From an uncultured Chloroflexia bacterium (lineage in GTDB: Bacteria > Chloroflexota > Limnocylindria > Limnocylindrales > CSP1-4), in NCBI GenBank assembly GCA_963813535.1, contig CAWEZH010000002.1:1398665-1462664 (forward strand): a stretch of DNA of 64,000 bases, read 5' to 3'. The translations under genes and the position numbers were made by a program. The notes beneath the pieces are model-generated. The model saw only the letters and a program-made list of their open reading frames with translations. It searched no databases and had not been told where the DNA came from. Below, one piece after another: positions 58,604 to 64,000 of the stretch. Numbering within the stretch: position 1 is the first letter of the stretch; the number at the start of each line of letters is the position of its first letter.

Positions 58604-59824
58604 CTACTCGATGATGCTGTCGAACTTGAACTCGCCATCGGTGACGGTCAGGCCGGACATGTCAGTCAGACTGGTATCGCCATCGGCGTCGAACGTCCAT
58701 TTCCCGAGGACGCCGTCGAAGTCCTTCGTCGCCTTGACCTCGTCGAGGACGAGTGCACGGAGTGCCAGGACGTCGGCCGGGTTCTTGGCGGCAGCCCGCT
58801 CGATGGCCGATAGCACGACGTTGGCCGCCTCGTAGCCGTAGGCCGTATAGGACTCCGCCGGCTCATTCGGGTGCTTGGCGGTGTACGTGTCGACGAACTC
58901 TTTACCCTTCCCGCTCAGCTGGTCCGGCGGGATCGTGCCCGTCGTGATGTAGGTGCCCTCGGCCGCGGCGCCCGCGGCCTCGAGCCATTCGAGCTCATAG
59001 ATGCCGTCGGGGCCCATCAGCTTCACGTTCGGCATCGCGTCGCGCAGATCGCGCCACAGCTGGCCGGCGTTGTTCTGGGTGATCCCGCCGTAGTACACGA
59101 GGTCGGGGTTGGTCGCCTTGACCTTCTCGGCCAGGGCCTTGTAGTCGGTCGCCTTGCCGTCGATGCCGTCGCGGCCGAGGATGGTCAGGCCGTAGTCCGC
59201 CGAGCGGGTGTTGAAGACGTCGGCGATGCCCTTCCCGTAGACCTCGGTGTCGTCGAGGATGTAGACGTTCCTAGCCCCGACCTTCGATGCCCATAGGGCC
59301 CCGGCATTGCCTTGGAGCAGGTCGTTGGGAACGACGCGCGCATAGTTCTTCTTGCACCCGTTCGGGTAGTACTTGTCCGGCTCACCCGCCTCGAAGGGCT
59401 TGGTGAGGCCGACTGCGGTGTTGGCTGGGCTGACCATCGCGATGCCCTTCGCACACAGGATGGGGATGGACAGCTTCGCTGCGCCCGAGTTGAGCGTGCC
59501 GATGTACGCCACGAGCTTGTCGGCCGCGACGGCGTCGTTGGCGTTCTTGATCTCGGTCGCCTCGTCCCACTTGCCGGCCGCGGCAGTGGAGTCGTCCTTG
59601 TCGACGTACTTGATCGTGTAGCCGCCGACCGTGCCGCCCCTCTCCTCGATGGCCATGTTGATGGCGTACACGATCGTGTCGGTCGCGGCCTTGCCGGACC
59701 CCTGGCGCGGCAGCGAGGACCAGATCTCGATCTCGCCCTTGCTCGCACCGCCGCCCCCGCCACCGCACGCTGCGAAGGCGAGCATGGCGACGGCACCGAG
59801 TGCCGCGACCCTTCGGCCCTTCAT
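58604..59824 (-). CDS. Branched-chain amino acid (LivJ-like, type I PBP) substrate-binding lipoprotein
   Basis: Lipobox MKGRRVAALGAVAMLAFAAC and a Leu/Ile/Val-binding family character. There is no cognate permease or ATPase nearby. Confidence 0.75.
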   Translation of the reverse strand: MKGRRVAALGAVAMLAFAACGGGGGGASKGEIEIWSSLPRQGSGKAATDTIVYAINMAIEERGGTVGGYTIKYVDKDDSTAAAGKWDEATEIKNANDAVAADKLVAYIGTLNSGAAKLSIPILCAKGIAMVSPANTAVGLTKPFEAGEPDKYYPNGCKKNYARVVPNDLLQGNAGALWASKVGARNVYILDDTEVYGKGIADVFNTRSADYGLTILGRDGIDGKATDYKALAEKVKATNPDLVYYGGITQNNAGQLWRDLRDAMPNVKLMGPDGIYELEWLEAAGAAAEGTYITTGTIPPDQLSGKGKEFVDTYTAKHPNEPAESYTAYGYEAANVVLSAIERAAAKNPADVLALRALVLDEVKATKDFDGVLGKWTFDADGDTSLTDMSGLTVTDGEFKFDSIIE

Positions 59825-59846
59825 GCGTGCGTCTCCTCTGTGACAG

Positions 59847-61268
59847 CTACGCTCCTACGGTCGGATGGTGCGCCAGGTACTCGAGCAGGTCCAGCTTCGT
59901 CACCACGCCCACCGGTCGGCCCGCGCTGACGACGACCAGGGCCGTCGTCGCGCCGCTCAGCAGCGCGAACGCTTCGTCCAGGTCAGCAGTCGCCTCGACG
60001 AGCGGCAGGGGTAGATCCATGACCTCGCCGACCGTGCGGTCGACCACCGATGGATCCCTGTACGCTCGGTCGAGCAGCCCCTTCTCGTTGATCGACCCGA
60101 CCAGACCTGTCACCTCATCCCCCTCGGGTCGCTCTGACACCGGTAGCTGGCTGACGCCGAAAGTCTGAAGGGTGGCGATCGCGTCGCCGACACGCTCGGT
60201 CGTCCGCGCGACGATCACGGGCGGCCGATCGGTGTCATGGTGACGGTCGTCGAGCAGGGTCGCGATGCGCGTCGCCGAACCGGTCGTCGGCAGGAGCCCG
60301 TTGATTCGCATCCACTCGTCGTTGTAGAGCTTCGAGAGATAGTTCCGGCCGCCGTCGGGCAGCAGCACGACGACGACCGCTCGTTCGCCGCCATCGGTGG
60401 CCACGAGGTCCCGAATGACCTCGCGGGCTGCGATCATCGCGGTGCCGCATGAGCCTCCGGCCAGGATCCCCTCCTCGCGCGTGATCCGTCTCGCCATCGC
60501 GAAGGCATCGCGATCGCTGACGCGCACCCAGCGGTCGATCACGGAGGGATCGTACGTGCCTGGCAGGAAGTCCTCGCCGACGCCCTCGGTGAGGTACGGC
60601 CGGGCGGTGTCGCCGGACAGCACAGAGCCCTCCGGGTCCGCACCGATGATCTGGATAGCCGGATCGTGCTCCTTGAGGACACGTGCGGCGCCCGAGATCG
60701 TGCCACCGGTCCCGACGCTGGCGACGAAGTGGGTGATCCGTCCGTCCGTCTGGTCCCACAGCTCGGGCCCGGTCGTCCGCTCGTGGGCCACAGGGTTCTC
60801 CATGTTCCAATACTGGTCGGGCTTGAATGCGCCAGGGATGTCGCGGGCGAGTCGTGCTGCGACGCTGTAGTAGGACTCCGGCGACTCGGGCGCGACGTTG
60901 GTCGGACAGAGCACGACCTCGGCGCCGTACGCGCGTAGCAATGCCTGCTTCTCGGCAGACTGCTTGTCGGCCATGACGAAGATGCAGCGATAGCCCCTGA
61001 TGGTCGCGGCGATGGCCAGACCGTGCCCGGTGTTGCCGCTGGTCGGCTCGATGATCGTGCCGCCGGGCTTCAGCAGCCCGGCCCGCTCAGCGGCCTCGAT
61101 CATCGGCAGACCGATGCGGTCCTTGACCGACCCACCGGGATTGAGCATCTCCATCTTGGCGAGGAGCAGCGGTTGCCGCTCGATGGGACCGAGGTCACGC
61201 GTGATCCGGCTGATCCGGACGAGTGGCGTGTTGCCGACCAGATCGAGTACTGACTCGACATACTGCAT
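59847..61268 (-). CDS. Cystathionine beta-synthase (PLP domain plus tandem CBS pair)
   Basis: The internal ATG gives MQYVESVLDLVGNTPLV. Also present are the PLP lysine in NPGGSVKDR, SGNTG and GTGGTISG, plus a C-terminal CBS pair. Confidence 0.85.
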   Translation of the reverse strand: MQYVESVLDLVGNTPLVRISRITRDLGPIERQPLLLAKMEMLNPGGSVKDRIGLPMIEAAERAGLLKPGGTIIEPTSGNTGHGLAIAATIRGYRCIFVMADKQSAEKQALLRAYGAEVVLCPTNVAPESPESYYSVAARLARDIPGAFKPDQYWNMENPVAHERTTGPELWDQTDGRITHFVASVGTGGTISGAARVLKEHDPAIQIIGADPEGSVLSGDTARPYLTEGVGEDFLPGTYDPSVIDRWVRVSDRDAFAMARRITREEGILAGGSCGTAMIAAREVIRDLVATDGGERAVVVVLLPDGGRNYLSKLYNDEWMRINGLLPTTGSATRIATLLDDRHHDTDRPPVIVARTTERVGDAIATLQTFGVSQLPVSERPEGDEVTGLVGSINEKGLLDRAYRDPSVVDRTVGEVMDLPLPLVEATADLDEAFALLSGATTALVVVSAGRPVGVVTKLDLLEYLAHHPTVGA

Positions 61269-61321
61269 CGGCGGGGAGTATAGGTGCGGCGCCTCGAGCG
61301 TGGACACCTCCCGGAATGGGT

Positions 61322-61352
61322 GACGCCCGAGCCTCGGGCTGGCTCGGGCGTC
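61322..61352 (-). terminator. Perfect 12-bp GC-rich hairpin downstream of the repeat-protein gene
   Basis: gacgcccgagcc (61322-61333) and ggctcgggcgtc (61341-61352) are exact reverse complements separated by a 7-nt loop. It lies 19 nt after the stop at 61371. There is no U-tract. Confidence 0.5.
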
Positions 61353-61370
61353 TGCCACGCGTTGACTGGA

Positions 61371-61727
61371 TCAGTCGAGGCCACGATCGGCGCGGGTGTC
61401 CTCAAGCGCGTCGTACGAGTGGTCACCGGCAGGGACCGATAGCCCGCGGTCGGCGCGAGTGTCCTCGAGCGCGTCGTACGAGTGGTCGCCGATGAAGACC
61501 GACAGGCCACGGTCGGCGCGGGTGTCCTCGAGCGCGTCGTACGAGTGGTCGCCGGCCGGAACCGTCACGACCTGGTTCCCGAACCCTGGGGCCTGCACAC
61601 CGATCACCATCCCCAGGACGGTACCGGCGGCAAAGACGACTGCCAGGATCGGCACGGCGAGTGCCGTCCGAGGTTCAGTGAAGGTCGGCTGTCGGGTGGC
61701 CTGCATCGCGGGTCTCCTTCCCTCCAT
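61371..61727 (-). CDS. Small membrane-anchored protein with three 21-aa tandem repeats (GDHSYDALEDTRADRGLSV)
   Basis: One TM segment (ALAVPILAVVFAAGTVLGMVIGV), then 3 repeats. An alternative start is at MQATRQP (61706). Confidence 0.6.
   Translation of the reverse strand: MEGRRPAMQATRQPTFTEPRTALAVPILAVVFAAGTVLGMVIGVQAPGFGNQVVTVPAGDHSYDALEDTRADRGLSVFIGDHSYDALEDTRADRGLSVPAGDHSYDALEDTRADRGLD
61374..61553 (-). repeat. 63-nt coding tandem repeat, 2.9 copies
   Basis: tcggcgcg recurs at 61387, 61450 and 61513 (period 63). The peptide core GDHSYDALEDTRADRGL is identical in all three copies despite a few synonymous DNA differences. Confidence 0.9.
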
Positions 61728-61801
61728 CGTCCCCGGCGGTCGTTCCGCCGGCCGATCGATGTTTCGATGCGATGCACGCTATGGGCAGCGACCCACCCGC
61801 T

Positions 61802-64000
61802 TCATCCGGTACCTCCCTCATTCGTTGCCGCGAATCGACCGGCGAGCTCCGCCCGGTTGCGGACGTTCATCTTGGCGAGCACGTTCGACACGTGACGCTC
61901 GACGGTCTTTCGCGACAGGAACAACGTGTCTGCGATCTCCGGGTTCGTCGCCCCCTGCGCGATGAGGGTCGCGACTTCCATCTCTCGGCCAGTCAACACC
62001 TGGCTGCCGGCACGCGCGTCGGTCTGGCCACGCCGCCACGTCCGGACGCCAAGCTGACGCAGGCCGCGCTCGGCGAGCCGTGTGATCGCCGGTGCTCCCA
62101 TCTCCATCGCGCTGGCGGCTACCTCGCGGAACGCCGTGGCCGCGCCACCGCGATCGACGCTGGTCAATGCACGGGCACGATCGAGGCGGATGAGCTCGCC
62201 CTCGAGCCGCGACGCCATCGCGTCCGCGCGGGCCACGGCGTCATCCAGGCGCGCGATCCCATCCGGCTTCCGCTCCATCGCCAGGATCAGACCATCGACC
62301 CAGGTACGTCGGACGTCGTCGATGGTGACAGGGTCCGGCACCTCGCGAACCAAGCCGTCGAAGCGCTGCCGCGCGCCGTCCGCGTCGCCGATCCGTGCCA
62401 GCGACTCCGCTGCGCCGAGCTCCAGGGCATGCCGGCATCGCGGGCAGTTGGCCTCGGCCGCGTCCGCCAGACCGGCATCGATGTGCCTCCTCACCTCGAT
62501 CGCCGCTCGCGGACCATCGAGGCGAGCGAGCCACGACGCGATGACCTGATGGAACGTGATCCGATGGTGAGGGTCGGGCTGCGCGGCGAGACCCGCCAGG
62601 AGACCGTCCATCGCCTGCTGGCGGTCGCCGCGCAGGACCTCGATCTCCCATGGGGTCATCCGGCTCCGCCCGCGGAACCGTCCGAGATCGCCGATCCGCT
62701 CCGCCAGCACGCTGACCTCGGCGAGGACACGTGCGGCCTCCTCGATGTCTCCGAGCTGCATCCGCTTCTCGACGAGGTAGAACCCGGCGTCGACCGCGAT
62801 CGATGGCAGAAGACGAGCGTTCGCCTCGGCGACGACATGGGCGTAGCGGTCCGCGGCCGCACGGAGGTTACCGTCCATCTCCTGGGCGAGCCCGGCGTGA
62901 TAGAGCGCACGCAGGTAGGCGAAATCGCCGGCAGCACGGGAGACCCCGACGAGCTCATCGGCGAGAGGCGACAGATCGCCTGAAACCTCGGCCTGGACCT
63001 TGGTCTCGAACGCGATCTCGAGCGCGTCGATATACGCCCGGCGTTGCCGTTCGTCGAGATGGTCGCTACCGCCTGCACCGATCGCGAGGCGCCGAGCTCC
63101 TTCGACGGCCCGCCCTGCGATCGACCAGCCGTCGCTCCCCTGATGCTCGAGCCAGACCGCGACGCGGGCGTCGAGCGCGTCGAGCTCGACGACCTGGACC
63201 TCGGTCGGATCGCCCCGTCGACCGCGCTCGACGCACGTGCGTGCGTCCGGCGTCCGCCGAAGCTCTGCGGCTGCCTGGCCCGCGGCGATGATCGCGTCGG
63301 TTCGCTCGACCCCGTCCCGAAGCTCGTCGGCCAGGCCCGACCATCCATCGAAGGCCGCCTGATGGTCGCCGGTCTCGGCCGCCAGCGTCGCGATCGACCT
63401 GAGGAGGCGAACTCGATCAGGATGCTCGGTCGACGTCGCGTCCGCCATTGTTCGCAGCATCGCGACACCATCGTTGCCGAGCCACCGACGCCGCGGCGAC
63501 GTTGCGACGCGGACCGCGAGCGCGACCGGGTCCAGCCCCGCAGCCACGCGATGCTCCAGTGCCGCACGCAGGATCATCACGTCGTCGGTCTCAGCGGCCG
63601 TCTCCAGCAGGAACGCCGCCCACCGTGCATGCAGCTCGCGCAGCCGGTCGGGTGCGACCTCGGCCCGCGCGGCGGCCCTCGCGAGATCGTGGCTGAACGC
63701 CACGCTGCCGCCTCGCGCCAGCACGATCCCTGCGTCGACCAGCAGGTCGACGGCCCGAGCCGTTCGGGCACCATCCCAACCCGCAAAACGCGCGAGGCCC
63801 GCCGGCGACTCGGGGCGACCCGCAGCCGCCAGGATGTCCATGAGGTCGCCGGCATCGACGTCGCTCGGCCGCGCCAGTGACGGGACGTCGCGTCGGACGT
63901 CGACGCCGCGATCGCGCGCGAGGATCTCGATCCAGTAGGGCGAGCCGGCGGCCATCCGCCATACCCGGGATGCGGCCGACTCGACGTCGCCCCACAGCGA
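61802..64000 (-). CDS. LAL/MalT-like LuxR-family transcriptional regulator, partial (N-terminus beyond the window end)
   Basis: C-terminal HTH LTGREMEVATLIAQGATNPEIADTLFLSRKTVERHVSNVLAKM and a long helical/TPR-like body. The frame stays open from 63955 to 64000, so the ATG at 63955 is probably internal. Confidence 0.8.
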   Translation of the reverse strand, partial: SLWGDVESAASRVWRMAAGSPYWIEILARDRGVDVRRDVPSLARPSDVDAGDLMDILAAAGRPESPAGLARFAGWDGARTARAVDLLVDAGIVLARGGSVAFSHDLARAAARAEVAPDRLRELHARWAAFLLETAAETDDVMILRAALEHRVAAGLDPVALAVRVATSPRRRWLGNDGVAMLRTMADATSTEHPDRVRLLRSIATLAAETGDHQAAFDGWSGLADELRDGVERTDAIIAAGQAAAELRRTPDARTCVERGRRGDPTEVQVVELDALDARVAVWLEHQGSDGWSIAGRAVEGARRLAIGAGGSDHLDERQRRAYIDALEIAFETKVQAEVSGDLSPLADELVGVSRAAGDFAYLRALYHAGLAQEMDGNLRAAADRYAHVVAEANARLLPSIAVDAGFYLVEKRMQLGDIEEAARVLAEVSVLAERIGDLGRFRGRSRMTPWEIEVLRGDRQQAMDGLLAGLAAQPDPHHRITFHQVIASWLARLDGPRAAIEVRRHIDAGLADAAEANCPRCRHALELGAAESLARIGDADGARQRFDGLVREVPDPVTIDDVRRTWVDGLILAMERKPDGIARLDDAVARADAMASRLEGELIRLDRARALTSVDRGGAATAFREVAASAMEMGAPAITRLAERGLRQLGVRTWRRGQTDARAGSQVLTGREMEVATLIAQGATNPEIADTLFLSRKTVERHVSNVLAKMNVRNRAELAGRFAATNEGGTG

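Overview
This is a high-GC (about 70%), densely coding chromosomal segment with an Actinomycetota-like gene repertoire (SARP regulator, LLM/F420-type oxidoreductase, Lgt-like protein, RsbW/RsbV/PP2C module); the taxon is inferred. Most of it is housekeeping and metabolism. That includes proS, gltX, upp, mdh, pckA, a PiT phosphate transporter with its DUF47 partner, an OmpR-type response regulator, a truncated histidine kinase at the left edge and a truncated LAL/LuxR regulator at the right edge. I found no tRNA or rRNA genes, CRISPR arrays, transposases or integrases. Four regions are worth a second look. (1) At 14.7-28.3 kb (plus mmsA at 44.5 kb) there is a reductive pyrimidine or hydantoin catabolic locus. 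It has upp, a NitT/TauT-type ABC importer, a class-III aminotransferase, a beta-ureidopropionase-like amidohydrolase and a dihydropyrimidinase, but no classical dihydropyrimidine dehydrogenase. An LLM-class oxidoreductase sits in that position instead. The dihydropyrimidinase reading frame is broken by a 1-nt insertion at 27608-27614. (2) At 30.9-43.6 kb there is a 12.6-kb gene for a secreted mega-protein with 5 LamG, 2 metallophosphoesterase, FN3/PKD-like and 14 He_PIG/cadherin-like Ig domains, plus three copies of an unassigned 212-aa domain. Three +1 frame shifts split it into three ORFs, and it contains a near-identical 846-bp tandem repeat (2.4 copies). (3) At 53.06-54.85 kb a clear SAM-I riboswitch precedes a threonine-synthase-like gene that is translationally coupled to a MoaD/ThiS-type GG-terminated sulfur carrier (a MetM/MetO-like homocysteine route). 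A cystathionine gamma-synthase/lyase and a cystathionine beta-synthase lie nearby. (4) At 61.37-61.73 kb a small membrane-anchored protein carries three perfect 21-aa (63-nt) repeats next to the LAL/LuxR regulator. All functional calls rest on motif and family recognition by eye; no database searches were run. Many long ORFs in the track are antisense or upstream-extension artefacts of the high GC content and are not reported as genes.
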